32,000 nt of DNA from Desulfotalea psychrophila LSv54. Its GTDB lineage: Bacteria; Desulfobacterota; Desulfobulbia; Desulfobulbales; Desulfocapsaceae. Below, piece by piece: positions 1 to 9,694 of this stretch. Within the stretch, counting starts at the first letter, position 1, and every line of letters begins with the position of its first letter. A program made the position numbers and the translations under genes. The stretch is from assembly GCF_000025945.1 (NCBI RefSeq), contig NC_006138.1:1830001-1862000 (forward strand), written 5' to 3'. Under the pieces are notes generated by a model. That model was not told the origin of the DNA. It ran no database searches and worked only from the letters and a program-made list of their open reading frames with translations.

Positions 1-868
1 TTTTTATTTCAAAGGGAATATGAAGGGGCAGGTAGCTGAAGTAGAGGGGCAGATCAAGATCTTTTACCTCGCAGCTAATTCGGGAATCTTTCCCATAACT
101 GTTTTTGCTGAAATGAATGGGACTGCCATTAATAATGGCAGAAAAATACGGTTTCGTGGTGATCTCTGTTCCGGAGTCGAAGTTGTTTATTGTTGGCAGG
201 GATATTTTTATATCCTTGCCATGGTGTGTTTGTTTTCCAGGAATGTCTTGGAAAACAAAGCTTCCATTTTCCATGACAATATTATTAAAAGAAAATAAGA
301 AGAGAGACTCTTTTATAGCTGCAATATTGGTTATTAATTTTCCGTTTTTATCCTTGAAGAGAGAGCCGAAATTATAAAGATTAGCCCCCTCTTTTTTTAG
401 CGCGAGGTGGACTCCATTGAGTGTGCTCCTTCGGCTGGTGAATTTCTTATGGAGTAATCCCAAGGGCTCAATTGCGGTGGAGAGGCTGTCTATGCTAAGG
501 AGGGGGGCTTGGTGGTTGTTGGCACCAGGTTTTTTTATCTCTGCCTTTATTATTGAGATTTCAAAGGAAAATGGATTTGCCTTTACCTCTTCAATTTCAA
601 GTTTGAATTCGCTGTGGGCTGCGACATATTCTGGCAGGACATTTTTAATATAGTAGGGGACAGCAAAAAAGCCCAAGAGAGAGTAACTGGCCAAGAGAAG
701 GGCCAATGTGAAGAACAGTATGGGCAGGGCCCTGCCCCTCTTTCTCTTTTTGGCAGGAGGGCTCGAAGGAGGCTTTGGGCTATGGCCTGTCTTTTTTATC
801 TGTTTGCTGGTTTTTTTTGTACGTGTTTCTGGTGCGTCTATGGAAATAGAACCAAAGTCATCAGCCAT
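1..868 (-). CDS. DUF748/AsmA-like membrane-anchored protein, N-terminal ~289 codons; the 3' end runs off the left edge
   Basis: Absent from the ORF track because it has no stop in the window. My manual minus-strand translation from ATG (866-868) stays open to base 2: MADDFGSISIDAPETRTKKTSKQIKKTGHSPKPPSSPPAKKRKRGRALPILFFTLALLLASYSLLGFFAVPYYIKNVLPEYVAAHSEFKLEIEEVKANPFSFEISI... It has a basic N-terminus, one TM helix and repetitive beta-rich segments, which resembles DUF748/AsmA-type proteins. The start is uncertain: there is no clear SD, and an in-frame TTG at 992-994 is also possible. Confidence 0.5.
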   Translation of the reverse strand, partial: MADDFGSISIDAPETRTKKTSKQIKKTGHSPKPPSSPPAKKRKRGRALPILFFTLALLLASYSLLGFFAVPYYIKNVLPEYVAAHSEFKLEIEEVKANPFSFEISIIKAEIKKPGANNHQAPLLSIDSLSTAIEPLGLLHKKFTSRRSTLNGVHLALKKEGANLYNFGSLFKDKNGKLITNIAAIKESLFLFSFNNIVMENGSFVFQDIPGKQTHHGKDIKISLPTINNFDSGTEITTKPYFSAIINGSPIHFSKNSYGKDSRISCEVKDLDLPLYFSYLPLHIPFEIK

Positions 869-1063
869 AATAAATATATTAATGTGTTGGTGATAGAGAT
901 ATAGCCCATCTGTATGAAATAATAAGCTGAGATGGCGATAAGAGATATTTTCATTTTCAATGATATTAATGCCCTGAGTATAATCGTTTTTCAAGAAGAA
1001 ATGTTTGTTTGAGGAAAAAAGAGTGATAATTATCTAAAAAAAGGACAATTCTAGAAAAAGTTA

Positions 1064-1072
1064 TGCTATACT
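1064..1072 (+). promoter_or_regulatory. Possible extended -10 promoter (TGcTATACT) for cdaA
   Basis: TG at 1064-1065 and TATACT at 1067-1072, about 115 nt upstream of the cdaA ATG. No good -35 element. Pattern match only. Confidence 0.25.
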
Positions 1073-1188
1073 GAGTTGTAAGTTGTGGGTGCTTTTTTTG
1101 TTGTTAATTAACAGGGAAAGCCCAATTTATAATGATCCTTTGACTCCTATGTTCTCTCTGTTGAGAGACGACAACAATTTGAAAAAAT

Positions 1189-1980
1189 ATGTTTGATATT
1201 GTGCGTTATTTTCGCTGGCAGGATATATTAGATATTCTGGTTGTCGCTTTTGTGATTTATCAGTTGATATCTATTATTCGTGGAACCAGATCGGTGCAAA
1301 TGGTTGTAGGGCTTGGTGTTCTCTTTGTTGTCTACGCTATGGCTTCACTTCTCGATCTTTCTGTGCTTACCTGGATCATGCGTACCTCCTTGAGTTCTCT
1401 TTTTCTTATCATTATTATTGTCTTTCAGCAGGATATTCGTAGAGCCTTGACCCAGGTTGGGCAATCCCCCTTTCAAAAACATGCCGATGTGGTTGAAAAA
1501 GATCTCGATGAGGTAATACGTTCGGTTTTTTATCTCGCCAAGCGTCGGATTGGTGCTCTCATTGTTATTGAACGGGAAAACGGTTTGGGGGAGTACGTGG
1601 AATCGGGCTTTATCCTCAATGCTAAACTGTCAAAAGAGTTGCTTATATCGATATTTATGCCCGTTTCTCCTCTGCATGATGGGGGGGTGCTCATTAGCAA
1701 GGGACGAATTGAACATGCAGGTTGTATCTTGCCGCTTACGCAAAATCCCTATATAAATAAAAGGTATGGCACAAGACATCGGGCCGCAATTGGCATATCA
1801 GAGGAGACCGATGCTGTTATACTTGTGGTCTCTGAGGAGACCCAAGAGGTGTCCATTGTTCAGTATGGCTCCCTGACTACTATCAATGATGAGATGAGTT
1901 TGAAAACGAATTTGCGGGCAATTTTTTTGGACAAGAAGAAACAAAACTCCTTTTGGCAGGATTGGGTGGGACGAAAATGA
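1189..1980 (+). CDS. cdaA: Diadenylate cyclase CdaA (c-di-AMP synthase), membrane-anchored
   Basis: 263 aa. Hydrophobic N-terminus with about three helices, followed by a DAC domain with the hallmark motifs DGGVLI and TRHRAAIGISEETDAVILVVSEETQEVS. Sits in the conserved cdaA-cdaR-glmM context. Confidence 0.93.
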   Translation: MFDIVRYFRWQDILDILVVAFVIYQLISIIRGTRSVQMVVGLGVLFVVYAMASLLDLSVLTWIMRTSLSSLFLIIIIVFQQDIRRALTQVGQSPFQKHADVVEKDLDEVIRSVFYLAKRRIGALIVIERENGLGEYVESGFILNAKLSKELLISIFMPVSPLHDGGVLISKGRIEHAGCILPLTQNPYINKRYGTRHRAAIGISEETDAVILVVSEETQEVSIVQYGSLTTINDEMSLKTNLRAIFLDKKKQNSFWQDWVGRK

Positions 1981-2966
1981 AAAATACATGGCAACAGGTT
2001 AAAAAGGTTGGCATCGTCCACCGTTTGTTGAGCTTTTGGTCGAGAGATTGGTTTCTTAAGGTTGTCTCCATCTGGTTGGCGATTGTTCTGTGGGTGCTGG
2101 TCGGTGGAGAGGATACCATTGAAAAGACGGTGAATGTGCCCGTGGAGATCATAAATCTCCCCCGTGGTCTTGTTGTTTCCAACCAGTACAAGAAAAAGAT
2201 AGAGGTGTCCCTTACCGGACCACGATCGGTAATTCTTGATATGGATGATCGAAATATTGTTCGTCAGGTTGATCTCTCTAAGGCAACGCCCGGGACAATG
2301 GTGGTTAATAATGATGTTGATCATATTGATGTGCCGCGTTCTCTGACCGTTCAGCGGGTTCAGCCACCCTCCATTATTCTTTCCATCGATAAACTTGTGC
2401 AAAAACAGTATGCCGTTGTGGCCAATACGGTGGGAGATGTGGCTCCGGGGTTTGAGGTGAAAAGTATTCGGATGAATCCAGAGTATGTCATGATAACTGG
2501 ACCTGGGAGTGTCTTGAGTCAATTAAGTGCTCTGCAGACCTCTTATATTTCACTTGATGGTTTTCGCCGTTCTGAGCAATTACAGGTGCCTCTGGATTTG
2601 AGTCCTGCAATTGTCTCTCTTATTGGAGAAACTTCGGTTACGGCAGATATTGTAGTGGGTCTTGTGGTGGCTGTTAAGACCGTGGAGTTACCGCTTGTCG
2701 TTCAAGAAAAGGGTCTTAGTCTCTTGCCTAAAACGGTTTCGGTGACCGCTTCTTTTCCCCAGATTTTGCTGGATAAGGGCAAGAAGGCAAAAGATTTGCT
2801 GGTTGCCCATGCAGAACGATATGGACAGACAGATCAGTTTAATGTCATTGTAACATCTCAAAATAATGAGGAATTCCCTGTTAAAGTTATTTCTGTGCTT
2901 CCCCGGCGAGTAAGTGAGGGAAAGGCCAAGCTTTTAAGGGCGACCACAAAAAAGAAGAGTGAGTAG
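1977..2966 (+). CDS. cdaR: CdaR / YbbR-domain regulator of CdaA
   Basis: The ATG at 1977 overlaps the cdaA stop (ATGA at 1977-1980); the TTG at 1953 given in the track is less likely. N-terminal TM helix (VVSIWLAIVLWVLVGG) followed by repeated beta-rich YbbR-like modules (VNVPVEIINLP..., VANTVGDVAPGFEV..., ITGPGSVLSQL...). Position between cdaA and glmM. Confidence 0.8.
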   Translation: MKNTWQQVKKVGIVHRLLSFWSRDWFLKVVSIWLAIVLWVLVGGEDTIEKTVNVPVEIINLPRGLVVSNQYKKKIEVSLTGPRSVILDMDDRNIVRQVDLSKATPGTMVVNNDVDHIDVPRSLTVQRVQPPSIILSIDKLVQKQYAVVANTVGDVAPGFEVKSIRMNPEYVMITGPGSVLSQLSALQTSYISLDGFRRSEQLQVPLDLSPAIVSLIGETSVTADIVVGLVVAVKTVELPLVVQEKGLSLLPKTVSVTASFPQILLDKGKKAKDLLVAHAERYGQTDQFNVIVTSQNNEEFPVKVISVLPRRVSEGKAKLLRATTKKKSE

Positions 2967-3047
2967 GGAAGGGACATTTTTTTACTCCAATCTATTTGCT
3001 CCTCAAAAAATATCGATGTTATAAGGCTAGAGAGAAAAAGGTTAAGT

Positions 3048-4400
3048 ATGCGAAAGTTATTTGGAACAGATGGAATCCGTGGGGTGGCTAATGTCCATCC
3101 CATGACCATGGAAATTGCCATGCAGGTTGGGAGGGCTATTGCCTTTCTGGTAAAGAAAGAAAATTATCGTCATCGTATTGTTATCGGTAAAGACACCAGG
3201 CTTTCTGGTTATATGATCGAAAATGCCATTGTGGCGGGTATCTGCTCCATGGGTGTTGATGTGCTTTTAGTGGGCCCTCTTCCCACCCCGGGTATTGCCT
3301 TTATTACCACCTCCATGCGCGCCGATGCGGGAGTGGTCATCTCGGCCTCCCATAATCCCTTCCAGGATAATGGTATCAAGATTTTTTTTAGTGATGGCTT
3401 TAAATTACCGGATGCCATGGAACTGAAGATAGAGGATTTGGTTCTCTCCCAGAGAATGTTGGCTCTGCAGCCACTTGCAGAAGAGGTTGGGCGGGCAAGT
3501 AGAATTGATGATGCCAAGGGACGCTATATTGTCTTTTTGAAAAATACCTTTCCTAAAAAGTATACCCTGGATGGTTTTCATATTGTTATTGATTGTGCCC
3601 ACGGGGCGACCTACGGTGTTGCCCCCCATGTCTTTGAAGAGCTTGGGGCAAAGGTTACTGCCCTGGGGATTGAGCCCAACGGGCAAAATATCAATGCGGG
3701 TTGCGGTGCACTTCATCCTGAACTCATGGCAGGAAAGGTTAAAGAGCTGGGGGCGGATATTGGTCTTGCCTTTGACGGTGATGGTGATCGTCTCATCGTC
3801 TGTGATGAGCATGGTGTCGTTGTTGATGGCGATCATGTTATGGCCATCTGTGCCAAGGAGCTTCTTGCCCAGCGAAAGTCCAAGAAGAAGACTCTGGTGG
3901 CAACGGTGATGTCTAACATGGGGCTTGAGGTTGCCATGAAGAAAATGGGTGGCCATCTGGTTCGTGCGGATGTCGGCGATAGGTATGTTGTCGAGTGTAT
4001 GCGTAAAAATGGCTATTCTTTTGGCGGAGAGCAGTCAGGGCATCTGGTTTTTCTAGAGCATATGACCACCGGTGACGGCATCCTTGCCGCCCTGCAGATT
4101 CTTGCTATTATGAAAAAACGTAAGAAAACTCTGTCAGAGCTTGCCCAGGTTATGCAGAGTTTTCCTCAGGTACTCAAAAATGTGCGTACCGCGAAAAAAA
4201 TATCCGTTGATTCCATTGTAGGCTTTGCCGATGCGGTGAAAAAGTATGAGATGCAGCTAGGTGATACGGGTAGAATTCTTGTCCGTCCTTCGGGCACAGA
4301 GCCCGTTATTCGGGTGATGGTCGAGGGGCTGGATAGCGCTGAAATAAATGACATTGCCGATGAACTCTGTGAACTTATTCGGCGAGTCAGTAACTCCTAA
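3048..4400 (+). CDS. glmM: Phosphoglucosamine mutase
   Basis: 450 aa. [13 protein letters not shown]-terminus, active-site phosphoserine loop [16 protein letters not shown], metal loop FDGDGDR and C-terminal [14 protein letters not shown]. Confidence 0.95.
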   Translation: MRKLFGTDGIRGVANVHPMTMEIAMQVGRAIAFLVKKENYRHRIVIGKDTRLSGYMIENAIVAGICSMGVDVLLVGPLPTPGIAFITTSMRADAGVVISASHNPFQDNGIKIFFSDGFKLPDAMELKIEDLVLSQRMLALQPLAEEVGRASRIDDAKGRYIVFLKNTFPKKYTLDGFHIVIDCAHGATYGVAPHVFEELGAKVTALGIEPNGQNINAGCGALHPELMAGKVKELGADIGLAFDGDGDRLIVCDEHGVVVDGDHVMAICAKELLAQRKSKKKTLVATVMSNMGLEVAMKKMGGHLVRADVGDRYVVECMRKNGYSFGGEQSGHLVFLEHMTTGDGILAALQILAIMKKRKKTLSELAQVMQSFPQVLKNVRTAKKISVDSIVGFADAVKKYEMQLGDTGRILVRPSGTEPVIRVMVEGLDSAEINDIADELCELIRRVSNS

Positions 4401-4408
4401 ATTGGTGT

Positions 4409-4440
4409 GAGGGGTGCCTGCGCATGAACGGCACCTCTTT
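4409..4440 (+). terminator. Possible weak intrinsic terminator after glmM
   Basis: Imperfect hairpin GAGGGGTGCC-(11 nt)-GGCACCTCT followed by only TTT. Confidence 0.3.
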
Positions 4441-4654
4441 CCTCCATTCCCTTTCCAATAATATTAGCCCTCTCCTTGCAAAAAAGAGCTAGCAATGATG
4501 GAATCTCCCTCTTTCTATTCTTGACATTGTAAGAGAGCTACTTATTGTTCGCTGAAGTCTAAAAGAGATAAAGTCATTGTTATTTCCCTTCCTTGAAGAG
4601 GCGGGCTTGTGACTTTAAATACACCGTTCTTATGGTTTTGATAGAGGGAAAATA

Positions 4655-5251
4655 GTGAACGAAAAAGTAAAGAAAGAAGAGCTTAAAGAAGAGCAAGAGG
4701 GTGTTGCTGAGGAACTGATCTCTGGTGTAGCAGATTCTGCTGGCGAAGAGGTGCCTGTAGAGAAAACTCTTGAGGAGCAACTTGCAGAAGCCAAGGCTGA
4801 AGTAGCACAGCTTCATGATTCTATGTTGCGCATGGCCGCTGAAAGTGAAAATTTCAAAAAGCGTATTAGGCGCGAGAGTCTGGCAACCCTGAAATATGCC
4901 GGTGAGAATATCTTTAAAGTGCTGCTTCCTGCCGTTGATAATTTGGAGCGTGCTGTTGCCCATGCGGGTGCAGATGGTACAACTGCTGAGCAAGGTTTTC
5001 CTGCTCTGCGGGAGGGTGTTGAACTTACCCTTAAGAGCCTTGTTGGTATTCTTGAAAAGTTTGAGGTAAAGGCCGTAGATAGTTTGGGTGTGCCCTTTGA
5101 CCCTGCTCAGCAGGAAGCTCTGACCATGGAACCAAGTGAAACTGTGCCTGCCAATCATGTGACCACTGTTTTTGAAAAGGGTTATTATTATAAGGATCGA
5201 CTCTTGCGTCCGGCAAAGGTTGTTGTTTCTTCGGGGGTATCGGTTGGTTAG
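4655..5251 (+). CDS. grpE: Nucleotide exchange factor GrpE
   Basis: 198 aa with a GTG start preceded by GAGGGAA. Acidic N-terminus, coiled-coil region (LAEAKAEVAQLHDSMLRMAAESENFKKR) and C-terminal beta domain (FDPAQQEALTMEPS...GYYYKDRLLRPAKVVV). Lies immediately upstream of dnaK. Confidence 0.92.
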   Translation: MNEKVKKEELKEEQEGVAEELISGVADSAGEEVPVEKTLEEQLAEAKAEVAQLHDSMLRMAAESENFKKRIRRESLATLKYAGENIFKVLLPAVDNLERAVAHAGADGTTAEQGFPALREGVELTLKSLVGILEKFEVKAVDSLGVPFDPAQQEALTMEPSETVPANHVTTVFEKGYYYKDRLLRPAKVVVSSGVSVG

Positions 5252-5429
5252 ATGCTGTTATCTGTCTTGAAAAGGCAAATCTTTAAGAAAAATGAGAGAT
5301 GATGGGGCTCTTTTCTTGACAAATAAATGAAGATGACAACATTGTAGTCTGTTAAATAAAGCGGGATTTACTAGCACGAATAGAAAGGGCTAGTGATCTG
5401 ATACGATTGATATATAGGAGAAAAAAACG

Positions 5430-7331
5430 ATGGGAAAGATTATCGGAATCGATCTGGGAACCACTAACTCTTGTGTTTCCGTAATGGAAGGTGGCGAGCC
5501 GAAGGTTATTGCCAACGTAGAGGGAAATAGAACAACTCCTTCCGTTGTCGCATTTGCGGATAATGATGAGCGTCTGGTAGGTATGATCGCTAAGCGTCAG
5601 GCTGTAACAAATCCTGAGCGTACCGTCTATGCAGCAAAAAGACTTATCGGTCGTAAGTTCACCGACGCTGAAGTTCAGCGCTCCCAAGAGGTAAGCCCTT
5701 TTGATATAGTAGAAGGCATCAGTGGTAGTGTTGCCATACAAGTTGAGGGTCATAAATATCGCCCAGCCGAGATCTCGGCCATGGTACTTGGTAAGATGAA
5801 GCAGACCGCCGAGGAGTATCTTGGCGAAGAGGTAACCGAGGCTGTTGTTACCGTACCTGCATATTTCAATGATTCACAGCGTCAGGCAACCAAGGATGCA
5901 GGTAAGATTGCAGGGCTTGATGTAAAACGTATTATCAACGAGCCAACTGCGGCTTCTCTTGCCTACGGCCTTGATAAGAAGGTTGAAGAAAAGATTGCGG
6001 TATTCGATCTTGGTGGCGGTACCTTTGATGTATCCGTTCTCGAAATCGGTGATGGTGTTTTCGAAGTAAAATCAACCAACGGTGATACTTTCCTTGGTGG
6101 TGAAGATTTCGATATGCGTATTGTTCATTGGCTTGCCGACGAGTTCAAACGCGAGCAGGGAATTGATCTTCGTAGCGACAAAATGGCCCTTCAGCGTCTT
6201 AAGGAAGAGGCTGAGAAGGCAAAAATGGAGCTTTCTACCACCGTAGAGACCGACATTAACCTGCCATTTATCACCGCTGATGCAAGCGGTCCTAAGCATT
6301 TGAACATTAAGCTGAGCCGTTCAAAATTCGAAACATTGGTAGAAGATCTTGTTGAGCGTACCGTAGGTCCATGTAAGACCGCTCTTAAAGATGCTGGCCT
6401 TTCTGCTTCTCAAATCGACGAGGTTATCCTTGTTGGTGGTATGAGCCGTATGCCAATGGTTCAGAAGAAGGTTGTGGAAATTTTTGGTAAAGAGCCACAC
6501 AAGGGAGTTAATCCCGATGAGGTTGTAGCCATTGGTGCTGCAATTCAGGGTGGAGTTCTTCAGGGTGATGTAAAAGACGTTCTTCTTCTCGATGTAACGC
6601 CTCTTTCTCTTGGTATTGAAACCCTTGGTGGTGTAACCACTAAGCTTATCGAGAAAAACACCACCGTTCCAACCAAGAAGAGCCAGGTATTCTCTACTGC
6701 AGCTGACAATCAGCCAGCAGTTTCTATCCACGTGCTCCAAGGTGAGCGTGAGATGGCAGAGGGTAATAAGACCATTGGTCGTTTTGAGCTTGCCGATATT
6801 CCAACGGCACCTCGCGGTGTACCTCAGATCGAGGTGACCTTTGACCTTGATGCAAACGGTATTCTCAACGTATCTGCAAAGGATATGGGAACCGGCAAAG
6901 AGCAGTCTATTAAGATTACCGCCTCTTCCGGACTTACCGATGAAGAGATCGATCGTATGACCAAGGACGCCGAGCTCCACGCCGATGAAGATAAGAAGCG
7001 TAAAGAGTTGGTTGAAGCTCGTAACTCTGCAGATGGTTTGATCCACTCCACCGAGAAGACCCTTAAGGATCTTGGCGATAAGGTAGATGCTGAAACCAAA
7101 GAGAACGTAGAGAAAGAGATTGCAAACGTAAAGACCGCACTCGAAGGCGATGATGTTGAGGCAATTAAGGCAGCTATTGAGGCCCTTACTGCCGCTTCTC
7201 ATAAGCTTGCCGAGCTTATGTATCAGCAAGCATCTCAGGAAACCCCTGGTGATGGCGATGCTGGTGCTGCTGGTGCAAAGAAAAAAGATGATGATGACGT
7301 TGTTGATGCAGACTACGAAGAAGTGAAGTAA
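5430..7331 (+). CDS. dnaK: Hsp70 chaperone DnaK
   Basis: 633 aa. [32 protein letters not shown] and the acidic C-terminal tail [21 protein letters not shown] about 9 nt upstream. Confidence 0.98.
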   Translation: MGKIIGIDLGTTNSCVSVMEGGEPKVIANVEGNRTTPSVVAFADNDERLVGMIAKRQAVTNPERTVYAAKRLIGRKFTDAEVQRSQEVSPFDIVEGISGSVAIQVEGHKYRPAEISAMVLGKMKQTAEEYLGEEVTEAVVTVPAYFNDSQRQATKDAGKIAGLDVKRIINEPTAASLAYGLDKKVEEKIAVFDLGGGTFDVSVLEIGDGVFEVKSTNGDTFLGGEDFDMRIVHWLADEFKREQGIDLRSDKMALQRLKEEAEKAKMELSTTVETDINLPFITADASGPKHLNIKLSRSKFETLVEDLVERTVGPCKTALKDAGLSASQIDEVILVGGMSRMPMVQKKVVEIFGKEPHKGVNPDEVVAIGAAIQGGVLQGDVKDVLLLDVTPLSLGIETLGGVTTKLIEKNTTVPTKKSQVFSTAADNQPAVSIHVLQGEREMAEGNKTIGRFELADIPTAPRGVPQIEVTFDLDANGILNVSAKDMGTGKEQSIKITASSGLTDEEIDRMTKDAELHADEDKKRKELVEARNSADGLIHSTEKTLKDLGDKVDAETKENVEKEIANVKTALEGDDVEAIKAAIEALTAASHKLAELMYQQASQETPGDGDAGAAGAKKKDDDDVVDADYEEVK

Positions 7332-7352
7332 TACTTTTTTCATCGGCTTGAA

Positions 7353-7392
7353 AAGGGGAGTGGGGATATATTCCTTACTCCCCCTTTTTTTT
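7353..7392 (+). terminator. Rho-independent terminator of dnaK
   Basis: AAGGGGAGT (7353-7361) pairs with ACTCCCCTT (7377-7385), followed by a T-run to 7392. Confidence 0.8.
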
Positions 7393-7460
7393 ATTTTCGG
7401 TTATGATACTATGCATAGAAACTTGACTGCTTACAATTATTAAATTTAGTGAAAGAGATT

Positions 7461-8426
7461 ATGAAAATATTATCTGGAATACAACCCTCTGGCCAGCTTC
7501 ATATTGGTAATTATTTTGGTATGATGCAAACAATGATAGATCAGATGGAGAGCTCTGATCTCCATGTCTTCATTGTGGATTATCATGCCCTGACAAGTGT
7601 CCGTGATCCGAAGGTCCTGGCTAAGGGTACCCTGGAGGCGGCGGCAGATTTTCTTGCCCTTGGTCTTGATCCCGACAAATGTACCTTTTGGGTGCAGTCG
7701 GATGTGCCGGCGGTATGTGAACTTATGTGGCTGCTTTCCGTGTTGACGCCCATGGGTCTGGTAGAGCGTTGTCATTCCTATAAGGATAAGGTTGCCAAGG
7801 GTATTCAGGCAAGTCATGGTCTCTTCTCGTATCCGGTTTTGATGGCAGCAGATATTCTTCTCTATCAGGCAGACATTGTACCGGTAGGTAAGGATCAGAA
7901 ACAGCATCTTGAGTTTGCCCGTGATCTTGCTCAAAAATTTAATAATGAGTACGGCGAGACCTTTACCATTCCAGAGCCGGGTATCAGCAAGCATACAGCC
8001 ACTATTCCGGGGCTTGATGGCCAGAAAATGTCAAAATCCTATGGCAATACTATTCCCATATTTTCTGAGGGCAAGCCTCTGAAGAAACGGGTTATGGCCA
8101 TTGAGACCGATGCTAAGGGAATTGAAGAGCCTAAGGATCCTGATAGCTGTAATCTCTATCAACTGCTTAAGCTTTTTGCCACTCCGGATCGCCTTGCTGA
8201 AATTCGTGGTCTCTATGTTAACGGTGGCGCAGCCTATGGTTATCTTAAGCTTGAACTTCTTGACCTGCTCAACGATAAATTTGGCGCTGCCCGTCAGAAA
8301 AAGGCAGAGTATCTTGCCGATCCGGCAGAGCTTCGTCGCATTTTGGCGAAGGGTGCTGAAAAGGCCCGGGCCAAGGCAGCTGTGACCATTGATTTGGTAC
8401 GGGAGAGGGTTGGCATCAAATATTAA
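7461..8426 (+). CDS. trpS: Tryptophan--tRNA ligase
   Basis: Class I aaRS signatures HIGNY (HIGH motif) and KMSKS (QKMSKSYGN), in a TrpRS-type sequence (SGIQPSGQLHIGNYFG). I prefer the ATG at 7461 (MKILSG...) over the GTG at 7449 in the track. Confidence 0.92.
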   Translation: MKILSGIQPSGQLHIGNYFGMMQTMIDQMESSDLHVFIVDYHALTSVRDPKVLAKGTLEAAADFLALGLDPDKCTFWVQSDVPAVCELMWLLSVLTPMGLVERCHSYKDKVAKGIQASHGLFSYPVLMAADILLYQADIVPVGKDQKQHLEFARDLAQKFNNEYGETFTIPEPGISKHTATIPGLDGQKMSKSYGNTIPIFSEGKPLKKRVMAIETDAKGIEEPKDPDSCNLYQLLKLFATPDRLAEIRGLYVNGGAAYGYLKLELLDLLNDKFGAARQKKAEYLADPAELRRILAKGAEKARAKAAVTIDLVRERVGIKY

Positions 8427-8503
8427 AGCTAGCTCTTAAGCTCTTGTTCTGTAGAGAAGGCCTTGCAGGGGAGTTGATTTGAGGCTTGAGCGGGAGAGTT
8501 GAC

Positions 8504-8540
8504 AAAAAAAAGGCCGTCTCCAAGGAGACGGCCTTTTTTA
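8504..8540. terminator. Bidirectional intrinsic terminator between convergent trpS and the PPIase gene
   Basis: A-run, AGGCCGTCTCC (8511-8521), loop AA, GGAGACGGCCT (8524-8534), then a T-run. A perfect 11-bp stem flanked by A and T tracts. Confidence 0.85.
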
Positions 8541-8555
8541 TGCGACTATGGGAGC

Positions 8556-9590
8556 CTATTTAAAATCAACAAGCTCAACATCAAATACCATGGTGGCATT
8601 GGCAGGGATTGGACCACGACCTGCAGCACCATAACCAAGCTTGGCCGGGATGATCAGGACGCGTTTCTCGCCTTTTGTCATGGAGAGAAGGGCTTCGTCC
8701 CAACCTGAGATAACCTGGCCACGGCCAACTGGGAAATCGATGGGCTGACCACGATCAACGGAGCTGTCAAACTTGGTTCCGTCAAGAAGCTTACCTGTGT
8801 AGTGAACGGTAACAACATCGCCCACATTTGGGGTCGCCTCGCCTTCACCTGCTTCAACTACGACATACTGCAGGCCGGAATCGGTGGTGATGGCAGCTGG
8901 CCATTGCTCTTTGATCTGGTTTAAAGAGGCTTCCATTGACTGAAGCTCTTTCTCTTTTTGGCGGCTATCTATGGAGCCAAGAAGGTCGTCAAATGCAGCC
9001 TGATCAGATTTGAATGCCTCAGCCTTTGCACCTACGCGAATGATGGTGATAGATTCGAGGGCATCTTTGCCTTCAATCTTATCCACAACATCCTGACCTT
9101 CTACAACACGACCAAAAACAGTGTGCTTGCCGTCAAGCCATGGGGTAGCAACGTGGGTGATGAAGAACTGGCTACCGTTGGTGCCAGGTCCCGCGTTTGC
9201 CATGGAGAGAACGCCTGGAGCATCGTGGGTAAGGGTTGAATCAAATTCATCGGGGAAGTTATAACCCGGGCCGCCGGTACCGGTGCCAAGTGGACAACCA
9301 CCTTGAATCATGAAATTAGGGATTACTCTGTGAAAGGTAAGACCGTCATAAAAACGAGCGCCTTTTTTACCAGATCCGCCACCGAGTTCTTTGGTGCCCT
9401 CTGCAAGACCTACAAAGTTTGCTACGGTAAGGGGGGTTTTTTCAAATTCAAGACTACAAATAATAACGCCCTTGCTGGTGTTAAACTGGGCGTAGAGACC
9501 ATCTTTAAGATTAGAATTTGCCATTCCTTCTCCTCCAAATAATAGTAAAAATATTAGTGTAATAAGTAACTGCCGCGATACTCTATGCAT
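8556..9590 (-). CDS. Secreted dual-family peptidyl-prolyl isomerase: N-terminal cyclophilin domain plus C-terminal FKBP domain
   Basis: 344 aa. Signal-peptide-like N-terminus ([13 protein letters not shown]). Cyclophilin motifs [15 protein letters not shown] and [17 protein letters not shown]. After a linker, an FKBP domain: [18 protein letters not shown]...[25 protein letters not shown]...YGAAG...[23 protein letters not shown] 5 nt upstream. Confidence 0.9.
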   Translation of the reverse strand: MHRVSRQLLITLIFLLLFGGEGMANSNLKDGLYAQFNTSKGVIICSLEFEKTPLTVANFVGLAEGTKELGGGSGKKGARFYDGLTFHRVIPNFMIQGGCPLGTGTGGPGYNFPDEFDSTLTHDAPGVLSMANAGPGTNGSQFFITHVATPWLDGKHTVFGRVVEGQDVVDKIEGKDALESITIIRVGAKAEAFKSDQAAFDDLLGSIDSRQKEKELQSMEASLNQIKEQWPAAITTDSGLQYVVVEAGEGEATPNVGDVVTVHYTGKLLDGTKFDSSVDRGQPIDFPVGRGQVISGWDEALLSMTKGEKRVLIIPAKLGYGAAGRGPIPANATMVFDVELVDFK

Positions 9591-9694
9591 ATTTTCTCCG
9601 TTTGCAAGATATGAAAAAAGGAAAGCTCTTTTTTATACTTTTTTCCCCGTGGAGGTTAAAAGAAATACTCTTCCTTTCTTGGCTTCTCAGCAAT

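Noticed and set aside
20-904. Five plus-strand ORFs from the track (20-298, 117-377, 417-653, 614-904, 708-893)
   Set aside because: They overlap one another and have odd composition. All lie antisense to a single uninterrupted minus-strand frame (1-868) that encodes a plausible membrane-anchored DUF748/AsmA-like protein, so they are shadow ORFs.
1023-1034. GATAATTATC 10-bp palindrome upstream of cdaA as a Fur box
   Set aside because: It does not share the TAATGATTATCA core seen at the two oxidative-stress sites. It lies in a very AT-rich region where such palindromes arise by chance.
4464-4495. CIRCE (HrcA operator) upstream of grpE: TTAGCCCTC...GAGCTAGCAA
   Set aside because: The left half matches TTAGCACTC in 8 of 9 positions. 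The right half is neither at the 9-nt spacing nor a true inverted repeat (expected GAGTGCTAA). No hrcA gene precedes grpE. TCTTGACA motifs upstream of both grpE (about 4520) and dnaK (about 5314) suggest promoters, but the -10 regions are too weak to assign to sigma32 or sigma70.
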